A stretch of 64,000 bases of DNA from sequence record NC_041916.1; one strand, written 5' to 3'. The first letter of the stretch is position 1. Each line of letters starts with the position of its first letter. Below, piece by piece: positions 1 to 8,689 of the stretch. A program made the position numbers and the translations under genes. The notes under the pieces are model-generated. The model had not been told where the DNA came from, ran no database searches, and saw nothing but the letters and a program-made list of their open reading frames with translations.

Positions 1-27
1 CCATATGGAGGAGAGGATAGTATTATG

Positions 28-378
28 TTAATCAGCGGCAGATTGATATGGGACGTTGAGTTCGTCCAACCAGTTCAACAAATCAGTGTCGTTAGGAATG
101 AACACCAAGATGCGATTCAGATTGGCTTTCTCCAAACACTGGAAATGGGAAACCAAACAATCTCGGGACATGTACTCCATAACCACCACAGGCACTTTGG
201 TGGATTCACGATTGTACAAATACGAACACTCAGCGTGGGTATCGTATTCCATTCCAACGTAGATGTGATTTAACTCATCTAAGTTACGAATGTCTTTACA
301 ATCATCCTCTCTGGTTGAGTCGTATGTCCAGACCTCCACACCATGCCAACGTTTCGGTTCTGTGACGTTAGTAGACAA
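28..378 (-). CDS. hypothetical protein; resembles the two modules of the adjacent 206-aa protein
   Basis: 116-aa ORF overlapping the upstream gene in operon fashion; ends ILVFIPNDTDLLNWLDELNVPY, like VYIECGNGLSKLMTEKGIQHI in the neighbour. Confidence 0.75.
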   Translation of the reverse strand: MSTNVTEPKRWHGVEVWTYDSTREDDCKDIRNLDELNHIYVGMEYDTHAECSYLYNRESTKVPVVVMEYMSRDCLVSHFQCLEKANLNRILVFIPNDTDLLNWLDELNVPYQSAAD

Positions 379-988
379 TGTGTTGGATCCCTTTCTCAGT
401 CATCAATTTAGAAAGACCGTTACCACACTCAATGTAAACGTTAGCGGTTTTCTCGTACACTTTGATCAACGTTAGTACGTTGGTGAGTTCGTTAATCGTT
501 TCGATCTTACCGAGACTGACTAAGATGCCTGTAGGGGCGTCTTCTGGTTTATCGTTCGCACATTGGTAAGTCAACGTATCTTCTTTCTTAAAGACTGTGC
601 CTACTTTAACGTGTTCTTGGAACTCGATGTCTTCAACGTCGTCCACACGAATGAGCTTTAACGTTTTGAATGAATGGAAAAGATTACACGGTAACAAGTT
701 GGTGTAGAGTTTGTGTTCACGTAAGAAAGCCACTACTTCTGGTGTGAAGTTACCGTAGACTTCAGCGTTAGGATAATCACGTTTGATCGCTTCAATATGA
801 ACTAACGCTTCTTCAGGGTTGTGAGCTACTTTGTTCACCAAATGGAAATACGGTTTCTCCCAACCAGCGATCATAGTGATGACTAAGTTAATACGATCAT
901 CTTCAGCACGAGATGTGATAACCCCACGACGGTAGTTCTCCAGATCTTTAGGTAGATCTTCGATAGTATTGATTTTCTTGATTAACAT
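368..988 (-). CDS. hypothetical protein, probably two ~100-aa internal modules
   Basis: 206-aa ORF, GGAGG Shine-Dalgarno upstream, overlaps both neighbours. Confidence 0.8.
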   Translation of the reverse strand: MLIKKINTIEDLPKDLENYRRGVITSRAEDDRINLVITMIAGWEKPYFHLVNKVAHNPEEALVHIEAIKRDYPNAEVYGNFTPEVVAFLREHKLYTNLLPCNLFHSFKTLKLIRVDDVEDIEFQEHVKVGTVFKKEDTLTYQCANDKPEDAPTGILVSLGKIETINELTNVLTLIKVYEKTANVYIECGNGLSKLMTEKGIQHIVY

Positions 989-1671
989 GCGGCCTCCTTC
1001 GGCACACTGTAGTTAGGGAAAATAGAAACGAAGCGTTCGATTTTTGGTACGATGGACGTGTCGACTTTACCTAGTGTAGCTAGGTGTAAAGTTAACTCTT
1101 TAAAGTCTCGTTTATCAAATATGTTACGGAACTCACCATGACGAGCTGACAACAAACGAAGTAATGCTTCAAAATCGTCATCGAAACTCTCCACCGATAA
1201 CTCTACGTAGTTGCATGACAACGACGGTGATACGAGTAATGTGTTTACGTCTGACGCCACAGTCGGGGTAAACTTAAGATGATCTGCAACCAATGTGACC
1301 TCTTGTTCCACTAGGTTTGCACACCACTTCAGCAGATAAGCGTAAAAATAACTTAACTCTTCTGCTAAGGCTGGATAAGTATCGGCGTCGTCTTCGATGG
1401 TGAACGTGATGTATTGAGATTCACGGATGCTGTTACTCGGCCAGATTTGCAAAGAGTGGTCACCTTTCTTTAAACCACGAGTGTCTAAGAAACAAGTGTA
1501 CCCGCCATTATTAAGCGGATAACGATACACACTACACGCACGATGACTCGCACGCTCACCATCAGCAATCCCCACGTTAATGGTAGACTTGGGATTACTT
1601 TGAAAGTCAATGACTTGGAATGTGAAGAAAGTGTCGGGTTTCACGACACTTTTATTATGAATTATTTTCAT
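982..1671 (-). CDS. hypothetical protein with putative N-terminal Ig-like domain
   Basis: 229 aa; first ~95 aa beta-strand-like with LKKGDHSLQI motif; ATGA overlap with upstream gene. Confidence 0.8.
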   Translation of the reverse strand: MKIIHNKSVVKPDTFFTFQVIDFQSNPKSTINVGIADGERASHRACSVYRYPLNNGGYTCFLDTRGLKKGDHSLQIWPSNSIRESQYITFTIEDDADTYPALAEELSYFYAYLLKWCANLVEQEVTLVADHLKFTPTVASDVNTLLVSPSLSCNYVELSVESFDDDFEALLRLLSARHGEFRNIFDKRDFKELTLHLATLGKVDTSIVPKIERFVSIFPNYSVPKEAAC

Positions 1672-2462
1672 TTTCTCACCTTTGCAGTTACGGCACGGTT
1701 CATTACACGCAGTCCGTTAGGTAGTGACAGTGCAGGTGCATCCCCAATAGCGTAAGCTACTAAGAACTGGTAATGATGCATGAGGTCGCGACCAATTGGT
1801 TGCTCGATCATCATCACGCGGAAAGCAGGAGACAACATCCACTCGTTGTATTCTACCGCATTAGCCAACCCGCGAGCTGCGCTCATCGCACTTTCAGTAT
1901 TGATTTCGTACGCTTTGATGTCGTCCAAGTCATTGGTAGGGCAAACGTTAAGTTCCATGGTAGGGAAACGTTCTTCGTTCTCCACCCAGTACAACTCGTA
2001 GTAAGAAGGGCCCACCGACCAACCAAACAACTTGGTGCGTTCTTCTGCTTGTTCACGTCTAGCATAGGTCTCGTGAATAATCGAGAGGATGCGAGCAAGC
2101 TTACCTAACCAATCCCATCCTGCCGCCAATGCCATTGCATCATGAGTTTCTGTTGCTAGGCGACTCCCACACTCCACCATCATAGTTTCAGAAACCATAA
2201 CAATTTCTTCACCACGCTTAATGCGAATGTTAAGTTCGTACTCACGACCAACCAGATTCTCTTCATGGTCGACCAAAGAGTAAGAGATTTTGTTCAATGG
2301 CAGGTTGTCGTATAACGGGATGCCATTGATCAGTACTTCGGCGGTAAGCTCATGTTGGTTTGTTAAACCAGTTAAGTGTTGTTGGTAAGGGAAAACTGCA
2401 ATAGTGTCGCCCTCAGTATGAATTTGTTTGCTGATTTGTAGGGAGAATAAACGTTTAGTCAT
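1668..2462 (-). CDS. hypothetical protein with putative N-terminal Ig-like domain
   Basis: 264 aa; HTEGDTIAVF and GREYELNIRI motifs in first ~95 aa. Confidence 0.8.
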   Translation of the reverse strand: MTKRLFSLQISKQIHTEGDTIAVFPYQQHLTGLTNQHELTAEVLINGIPLYDNLPLNKISYSLVDHEENLVGREYELNIRIKRGEEIVMVSETMMVECGSRLATETHDAMALAAGWDWLGKLARILSIIHETYARREQAEERTKLFGWSVGPSYYELYWVENEERFPTMELNVCPTNDLDDIKAYEINTESAMSAARGLANAVEYNEWMLSPAFRVMMIEQPIGRDLMHHYQFLVAYAIGDAPALSLPNGLRVMNRAVTAKVRK

Positions 2463-2979
2463 TTTCTTGTACCTCTAAGTCTGCGAAAGATTTTACTAAT
2501 GAAATGTATTGGTTACGTTGGAAGTCACAAAACTTGTGAAGTCCGGTAGTACGGTCTTTTAATGGAACAGTGCGAGAATGATCAATGTGAGCGCCCGCTA
2601 TTGCAATGCGTCCTAACGTTTCTGGATGAGACACTGCGATCAAACGAATCAACGACTCCCAGTGTTCACTGATCGGTTTCGTGATGTCGGTTAGATCAAT
2701 AGAGATGATGTTTCTTAGGTTACCTAGATCTTCGTCGGTAACAGTCAAGAAAGCAAGACGTTCACCTCGTGTTTCATCCCACGCTACGGTAAGATAAATG
2801 GTGAACTCTCGGTACCAACATTCACTAGGGTTAAAGCAATCCACTAGAACGAGGTCAAACTTATGACGTTTGCTATTCTTAGCTTTGTCTTCCAACTCCT
2901 TATTAGGAGTGTTTAATAAGGTCATGGCTTGGTGCAGGGTTAAAAACAAATCTTCTGCTGGTTGTAAATCTACTTGCAT
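2455..2979 (-). CDS. hypothetical protein
   Basis: 174-aa ORF, AAGGT SD, overlaps downstream start. Confidence 0.8.
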   Translation of the reverse strand: MQVDLQPAEDLFLTLHQAMTLLNTPNKELEDKAKNSKRHKFDLVLVDCFNPSECWYREFTIYLTVAWDETRGERLAFLTVTDEDLGNLRNIISIDLTDITKPISEHWESLIRLIAVSHPETLGRIAIAGAHIDHSRTVPLKDRTTGLHKFCDFQRNQYISLVKSFADLEVQEND

Positions 2980-3005
2980 AATGTTACCTTGGAAATAATA
3001 AAAAA

Positions 3006-3035
3006 ATGAGATGACCTATTAATTGATCATCTCAT
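3006..3035 (-). terminator. intrinsic terminator
   Basis: ATGAGATGA/TCATCTCAT stem followed by a T-run on the minus strand, just after the 3042 stop. Confidence 0.65.
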
Positions 3036-3041
3036 AAAAGT

Positions 3042-3362
3042 TTATTTTTGTTTTGGTCTCATGTCGAGGACTAGTCTACCCGGATCTTTAAAGTGCAATA
3101 ACTCGCACACCATTTCATTCAACAAAACTTCCCATCTACCTTCAGCATTCTTACGGAAATCTAAACCGTAAGCGTCGTGTAAGTAACGAGAAGCGATGTC
3201 AGTGCTTTTTAGGTACGCCAGTAGCCTTTCACCAAATGGGATCGAATACTCTTCATATAGCTCGTGTATGCGAGCGTGCTTAGACGGTTCATTTAACGAA
3301 GCAATTTCCTTTTCTAGGAACTCTTTTAAACCTACAAAACAGAAAGGTCTCTTAATGGACAT
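3042..3362 (-). CDS. hypothetical protein
   Basis: 106-aa ORF with AAGGAG SD overlapping the upstream stop. Confidence 0.75.
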   Translation of the reverse strand: MSIKRPFCFVGLKEFLEKEIASLNEPSKHARIHELYEEYSIPFGERLLAYLKSTDIASRYLHDAYGLDFRKNAEGRWEVLLNEMVCELLHFKDPGRLVLDMRPKQK

Positions 3363-4434
3363 CAGATAAGTACTCCTTGGTCTTTAGATCAGGGGAAACA
3401 ACCCACGTCTCACCGTTGTACTGAAAGTACAACCCGAAACGTTGGCTAGTGACGGACTCGTGCTTACCTAGGGAACGTAATAGTCTACGGAACTCTGTCC
3501 CGAACATACAACTCATAAACGCACGTCCGGTTTTGGTTTGGATGTCACACTTCGACTCGGAAAGGAAGCGTTTGTAGAAAGTGTCAAAGATCTCTTTAGT
3601 TAGAGGTTTTTCCACACTAACCTTGACTCTAGGTTTCTTTAATGACACCCCACGAATCGCACCCACCACCGGATGACTCTTACGTTGTTGAGTACCGTAC
3701 ACGTTATCCACGGTACGGTAGATGAACTCATCTTTCAAACGAAGTCGTGTGCGGATGGATTCATCTTCAGTAAACTTAACCGGATGCATGAAGCGTTCAA
3801 ACAACTTGCCGGAATCCAACACACGTCCAAAATCTTCAGAGGCCATGACTTTTGCCATTAAGTCACTAACGGTCAGCGCTTTAATGTTACCGACCGACAT
3901 GCCTAGTTCATCTCGAAGAGTGGCGGTGCATAGACCACCTGCATATTCGATTTGTAGGAAATGTCCTGCGATGTAAGTCTCCATGATCTTGTAATCACCC
4001 GTACCCATAAGAAGATCTAAAGGAGCCATCATGGTGTGCAGACGACGCAGTGACTTGAGTTTGCGTTCTTCGGTAATCCCCGGCATGTCCAATTCGGTGG
4101 AACGGATAATGTGGATAGGGGATTCCGCTTCTACTAAGTGGTCGTCTTGATTGTAGAGGCGAGCTTTGATGTAGTAATCACCCTCCATCTTACGAAGGTG
4201 TTGAGGAAGGATGTTAGCGGTGACGATTTCTGACTCTAAGATTTCGTCATAAACGGTTACCCCAGTATCTGGACCAACTAAGCCGCTTTCTTCGTCTTCG
4301 ACATCCATCTTTAGATCATGGACAGTAATGGATAAGCGTTTACCAAACCAACAACGGTCTGTGTAAAAATCCACCGCGTTAGGCATTTTGAAACCGTGTT
4401 CTGTGTAATCCACATCTACGTGAAAGTTTTTCAT
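3352..4434 (-). CDS. hypothetical protein with putative N-terminal Ig-like domain
   Basis: 360 aa; WFGKRLSITV and MEGDYYIKARLY motifs in first ~110 aa. Confidence 0.85.
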   Translation of the reverse strand: MKNFHVDVDYTEHGFKMPNAVDFYTDRCWFGKRLSITVHDLKMDVEDEESGLVGPDTGVTVYDEILESEIVTANILPQHLRKMEGDYYIKARLYNQDDHLVEAESPIHIIRSTELDMPGITEERKLKSLRRLHTMMAPLDLLMGTGDYKIMETYIAGHFLQIEYAGGLCTATLRDELGMSVGNIKALTVSDLMAKVMASEDFGRVLDSGKLFERFMHPVKFTEDESIRTRLRLKDEFIYRTVDNVYGTQQRKSHPVVGAIRGVSLKKPRVKVSVEKPLTKEIFDTFYKRFLSESKCDIQTKTGRAFMSCMFGTEFRRLLRSLGKHESVTSQRFGLYFQYNGETWVVSPDLKTKEYLSDVH

Positions 4435-4465
4435 AATTAAAATCTCTAAAAAAGTTTAAATAAAG

Positions 4466-4485
4466 AGGGTGACCGAAGCCACCCT
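4466..4485 (-). terminator. intrinsic terminator with cUUCGg tetraloop
   Basis: minus strand AGGGTGGC-TTCG-GTCACCCT then CTTTATTT. Confidence 0.75.
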
Positions 4486-4492
4486 AAGTCGA

Positions 4493-6010
4493 TTAGTAAT
4501 TGGTGTTGGAGAAAATACTGTAAAGGTGTTTGTCTACTATAGTACCTTTATCACACAGACGTTCCACCAAGTTCATGATTCGATCGTGGTCCACCGTCCC
4601 CGTAACATCAGTAAGGATGAGTCGGGTGTTACGATCATCCGTATTAGCTCGCAACTTAGTTAGCTTTTCTGCTAAATCCCCTTCGTAAGTGTGTAGGTTC
4701 TTCAGCTTGTAACCACCTAGTGTTTCCAGTATTCTAACCAGCACCGGGATGTTGTTAACGTTAGCACTGAAATCCGGGTAAACTTGTTCACCATCAGGTA
4801 AATAAATGTTCACGAAATGAGGTTCGTTTATTTCGAACTTCAGACCGTGATCAGCCGCAAACAGTTTTATGTGTTCGCTGGTGACTCGTACTGCACCCTC
4901 AAAGACTTTCGCTGCTGCATCACCTTTCAGGTTAGATTGTGTCCCCAGTTGCTGTGTGACCTTTTTAAGTTCAGACAGTCTAGGGTAAGGCATGATCTCT
5001 TTACTAAAGATTTCATAAGCACGTGAAATACAAGTTCCGGTTTGATCACTAACACGAACCGTGAAATCCGTGATAGGGAACAGACCAAAATCTGGCCGCA
5101 TGATATTCACCGCCTTCAGTGACTTCACTGTAGGATGAACTTCAGTTGATTTAAGATCGATGCTGTTATCAAGGACCATCATCAAATCTTCCATGACTTT
5201 ACGTTTACACACACGGATGTCTTCAAAGTTAAACTCTTCCCACTTTGAACCCACACGACGGTAGACTTTGATAGGTCGATCCACACAAACATACACTCGC
5301 CAGCAACCACGAGACAACGTTAAGAAATACGCATCGCGATTAAGCGGTGACGCGTGTTCCGGTTCAGAGTCGAATAACGTATCGAACCAACCGTAACATA
5401 TGTCCACCTTACCTCGTGTTAAGAACGGAGGTTGGTCACGGTCTTTAAGTGCATTAAGTGTGCCGTTTAGGGAGTTCTTAAATGCTTTAACCGCAGCGTG
5501 ATGATCGTTCTTAGCGTCTTCCTCAAAGAACCCCGGAAGGATGCCTAACAACCCTGCTATGCGCTGATTGAGATGGTTGGTTAACTTAGCGTTCGGTTCC
5601 ATCCAGCTATGCGGTGCTGTGTGTCTGGATTCAAGATTATTCATGAGGTATAACCACCCGCTGCGACCGTATGGACGGCGTGCCTTACACCATCCTAAAT
5701 CCAACACCACGTGTTCTTCACCCAATGACCAACCGTCGCTAGCATGGTCAAAGATCAAGGTTCCCCAGCCTTCTTTATCATTAGGAAGGGTTTTCTCACC
5801 CCACTCTAACGCCCCACCTTGGTTAAATCCGTAGTTGACGAAACCCACGCGGTTTTCATCAGCCATGCACTGGAACTCTTTAGGCAGACGTGCGTCACTC
5901 AGTATAGCGCGCATGTGAGCAGGGAAGCCGGAAGGATGTCCTATCTGGTGTTGGACCATTTCACAAAAGCCAGCCATTTGTTCTAGAAATAATTCAGTGT
6001 GCTTATCCAT
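4493..6010 (-). CDS. hypothetical protein
   Basis: 505-aa ORF with AAGGA SD; no recognised motif. Confidence 0.85.
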   Translation of the reverse strand: MDKHTELFLEQMAGFCEMVQHQIGHPSGFPAHMRAILSDARLPKEFQCMADENRVGFVNYGFNQGGALEWGEKTLPNDKEGWGTLIFDHASDGWSLGEEHVVLDLGWCKARRPYGRSGWLYLMNNLESRHTAPHSWMEPNAKLTNHLNQRIAGLLGILPGFFEEDAKNDHHAAVKAFKNSLNGTLNALKDRDQPPFLTRGKVDICYGWFDTLFDSEPEHASPLNRDAYFLTLSRGCWRVYVCVDRPIKVYRRVGSKWEEFNFEDIRVCKRKVMEDLMMVLDNSIDLKSTEVHPTVKSLKAVNIMRPDFGLFPITDFTVRVSDQTGTCISRAYEIFSKEIMPYPRLSELKKVTQQLGTQSNLKGDAAAKVFEGAVRVTSEHIKLFAADHGLKFEINEPHFVNIYLPDGEQVYPDFSANVNNIPVLVRILETLGGYKLKNLHTYEGDLAEKLTKLRANTDDRNTRLILTDVTGTVDHDRIMNLVERLCDKGTIVDKHLYSIFSNTNY

Positions 6011-6022
6011 TTTCTTTTTTCC

Positions 6023-6805
6023 TTAACGGTATAGGTTACAAAACTTTTCATCGACTTCTAAGAGTTTCTTGTCACGTACAATCGGTTCGAAAGTTACCGT
6101 GTTACAAGTCACGACGATCGCATCTTTAATTACTTCTCCGTAAACAGGGTCTTTGCTCATACGGAGGATGGATTTGAATCCGTGTTCTGAGCTCAAATCT
6201 TGGAGCAAGGTTTGACCTGCAATACTGGCGGCTTGGCGTAGGAAATAGAGTGGCGTTAATCCCCAACCACGCAATGGTGCCTTAGTACGATAAACTTCAC
6301 CTTTACGACCTAACATTATTAATGTGATCATTGGTTCTCGACCGATGAAATCGATTTCTACGACGTGGTTCCAACGCGGTGTCGTGAACTCGAACACTTT
6401 ACGTTGCTCACCTTTGTATAGCGGTTTTTGAATGTGTTCATCAAACGCGAGTTTGCTTAGGATGGCGAGCACTCGGTTACCACGCTCTAAGTTTTTACCC
6501 AGATCAAACAGTCGTTGGGATTGGATGATCATTGGGTCGGTTTCTTTGAATTTCAGTGATTTCTTAACCACGACTTCACTACCACGGTTAACGTAAATGT
6601 AAACCGTTACGTCTCCGCTTGTTTCGAACCCTAAGCTGTATTCAGTGTTCTGATCAACGATAGCCGACTCTAGGATGATTTGGTCGTTAGCGTAAACCGT
6701 AGTGACACAACCTTTGGCTCCGGTAACGGAATAAAGGATGTTGATAGAATCACCTTTAGCGTAGTCTCGACCTTCAGTGATTAGATTCTTGATTTGTACT
6801 GACAT
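6023..6805 (-). CDS. hypothetical early protein with putative N-terminal Ig-like domain
   Basis: Start moved to the second Met (6805), which has an AGGA SD; DYAKGDSINILY and FETSGDVTVYIYV motifs; directly downstream of the promoter motif. Confidence 0.85.
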   Translation of the reverse strand: MSVQIKNLITEGRDYAKGDSINILYSVTGAKGCVTTVYANDQIILESAIVDQNTEYSLGFETSGDVTVYIYVNRGSEVVVKKSLKFKETDPMIIQSQRLFDLGKNLERGNRVLAILSKLAFDEHIQKPLYKGEQRKVFEFTTPRWNHVVEIDFIGREPMITLIMLGRKGEVYRTKAPLRGWGLTPLYFLRQAASIAGQTLLQDLSSEHGFKSILRMSKDPVYGEVIKDAIVVTCNTVTFEPIVRDKKLLEVDEKFCNLYR

Positions 6806-6850
6806 GATGTTTGTCCTTTTGTTGGATAAAAGATTTACGTATGACATTCA

Positions 6851-6870
6851 TACACATAAGTAATATAGGT
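6851..6870 (-). promoter_or_regulatory. phiKZ-type early promoter (virion RNAP)
   Basis: minus strand ACCTATATTACTTATGTGTA; one of six copies; the TATATTAC core matches the described phiKZ early promoter. Confidence 0.75.
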
Positions 6871-6907
6871 CTGTTTTTATTTACTAAAAAAATAAAAAAG
6901 CAAAGTA

Positions 6908-6934
6908 GTACCCTACCCCATTGGGGTAGGGTAC
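6908..6934 (-). terminator. intrinsic terminator (CTACC/GGTAG stem family)
   Basis: GTACCCTACCCC/GGGGTAGGGTAC 12-bp stem, T-rich downstream on the minus strand. Confidence 0.8.
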
Positions 6935-6946
6935 GTACTTAAGTGA

Positions 6947-7237
6947 TTAACGCGTAATGCGCACTTTACCTTCTGCTGTTACTTCAGTACCAGCTTCAGT
7001 AGCTTCCACAACTTTAACCGCCACTGTGTAAGTGCCTGCTTTAGGAACTTCAGCTTTGAATTCAGTTGCGAAATAACCTTGTTGGTCGGTGTAAACATTT
7101 GCTTCGGTTTCTTTACCGTCAAACGAAACAACAACTAGGTGGGGTTGCACGATACCGTCAATCTTGCCCTTCAGCATGATTTGTTCGCCGCGACTTACTT
7201 TTTCTGTCACTACAAAGTGATTAAGAATTGCTGACAT
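6947..7237 (-). CDS. stand-alone Ig-like domain protein
   Basis: 96 aa, all beta-like; VSRGEQIMLKG, VYTDQQGYF and VPKAGTYTVAVKV resemble repeats in the 1423-aa protein; AGGAG SD; many GCT/ACT/GTT codons. Confidence 0.85.
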   Translation of the reverse strand: MSAILNHFVVTEKVSRGEQIMLKGKIDGIVQPHLVVVSFDGKETEANVYTDQQGYFATEFKAEVPKAGTYTVAVKVVEATEAGTEVTAEGKVRITR

Positions 7238-7256
7238 TATTAGTCTCCTGATTAAG

Positions 7257-7281
7257 GAGGTCGTAAGTCCACGACCTCATA
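7257..7281 (-). promoter_or_regulatory. putative late promoter (TATG) followed by a 5'-terminal hairpin
   Basis: minus strand TATG-AGGTCGT-loop-ACGACCTC then TTAATCAGGAG; same layout at 20738-20766. Confidence 0.45.
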
Positions 7282-7287
7282 AAATGC

Positions 7288-8646
7288 TTAGTGGACTGTA
7301 GGTGGGTTCAGCAAGTCCGCTTCACTAATGAACTTATCGTTGTTCATGTCCGCTGGTTGAACGTTAGTGTAAGGACCAAACAAGTCTGTCTCAACATCGA
7401 ATAGGTGTTGAATCAAAGAGTCGAAGAACGTACCAGAGTAAGTCTGACAGCGTTTAGCCACAGTCTGGTAATCTTCAGCCAGAATGAAACGTTGACCTTC
7501 AGCAGGGCTGTGCAGGTACATGTTAGACAGATCCAGTTTAACGTCGTTATTGTGTTCTTTACGTGCTTCTTCTACCAACGCCATGATCTCACGAATCTCT
7601 TCATCAATCAGCTGACGACCTTCATCAGAAAGATCACTGAATTCCCAAACACGGACTGTGTGACGAGCCAGTGGATGGTGAATCGCACGGAAGTACATCT
7701 GTTCGATTTCTTTGTTCAACATCGCGTAACCGGTGTTGTGGTTCAACAAGTTACCAATGATGAGGTTCATTTCATCGATTTCAGAATTGATCAGAGCAAT
7801 AGTGCCTAGGTCAGTTGCATCATCCCACTCGTCTTCATTAACCGGTGTACGTTCAATAGTGAACGAGCCTTCTGAGCGATGTGGTTGACGATCCAAGCCA
7901 AGAGAGATTTTATGGTCTTCGATGTTGAGTGAGAACCATAAATCGTGATCACGTGGAACTTTACTGTCAGTGCCCCAACTGTTCACTAGGTAACCGGTTT
8001 GTTCCAAATGCTTAGCGATACGTTTAGCGTTACGATTTACGAATTGTTCAGCGTGAGTAATGTCACTTGCAAGCATGTCACCAAACGTCGCTTCACACCA
8101 CTCATCACTTGGGACGTGAGTAACGATGTTTTGCAAACGGTTGATCACTAATGGGTAATAACGATTCGCTTTCTTCGCTACTTTAGGATCCATAGTTGAC
8201 ATTTCTAGGTTACCTAGATACTCGACCATACGAGTCACGCCTTCACGAGCTTCTTGTGTCTGAGCCAGCAGCGCTTGACGGCAACCAGCCAACTCGTCCA
8301 ACAATGTACCCATCATTTCGTTGTAAACCAAGTAATTGATTTCACCACGATTAGCCAGATACTCTTTGAGTTTGGCTGCTGACGAGTCTTTACCCGATTC
8401 TTCCGATGCCAAATAATCTGTTAGGTCCACCGGCAGGTTAAGGTCGAAGTGAATGTTTGTCATTGGCAGATAGGCGTGCGGAGTGATCGTGACGTGCATG
8501 TCTTCTAACGCTACACCAGTGTGGTACAACCCCGGATTACCTTTGTCATCAGTACCACGAATAAAGAACGTCATGTCACCAAGACCTTCAGCGATGTGCG
8601 CAAAGATTTTCCAAAGTTCATGGTTAGGTTTTACAGACTTAGTCAT
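7288..8646 (-). CDS. hypothetical protein
   Basis: ~452 aa; start at 8646 chosen for its AAGGA SD (the ORF extends to a GTG at 8664). Confidence 0.85.
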   Translation of the reverse strand: MTKSVKPNHELWKIFAHIAEGLGDMTFFIRGTDDKGNPGLYHTGVALEDMHVTITPHAYLPMTNIHFDLNLPVDLTDYLASEESGKDSSAAKLKEYLANRGEINYLVYNEMMGTLLDELAGCRQALLAQTQEAREGVTRMVEYLGNLEMSTMDPKVAKKANRYYPLVINRLQNIVTHVPSDEWCEATFGDMLASDITHAEQFVNRNAKRIAKHLEQTGYLVNSWGTDSKVPRDHDLWFSLNIEDHKISLGLDRQPHRSEGSFTIERTPVNEDEWDDATDLGTIALINSEIDEMNLIIGNLLNHNTGYAMLNKEIEQMYFRAIHHPLARHTVRVWEFSDLSDEGRQLIDEEIREIMALVEEARKEHNNDVKLDLSNMYLHSPAEGQRFILAEDYQTVAKRCQTYSGTFFDSLIQHLFDVETDLFGPYTNVQPADMNNDKFISEADLLNPPTVH

Positions 8647-8689
8647 TTCTATTTCCTTTATCACTTTAAATGTTAAATAAGAGGTTTAT

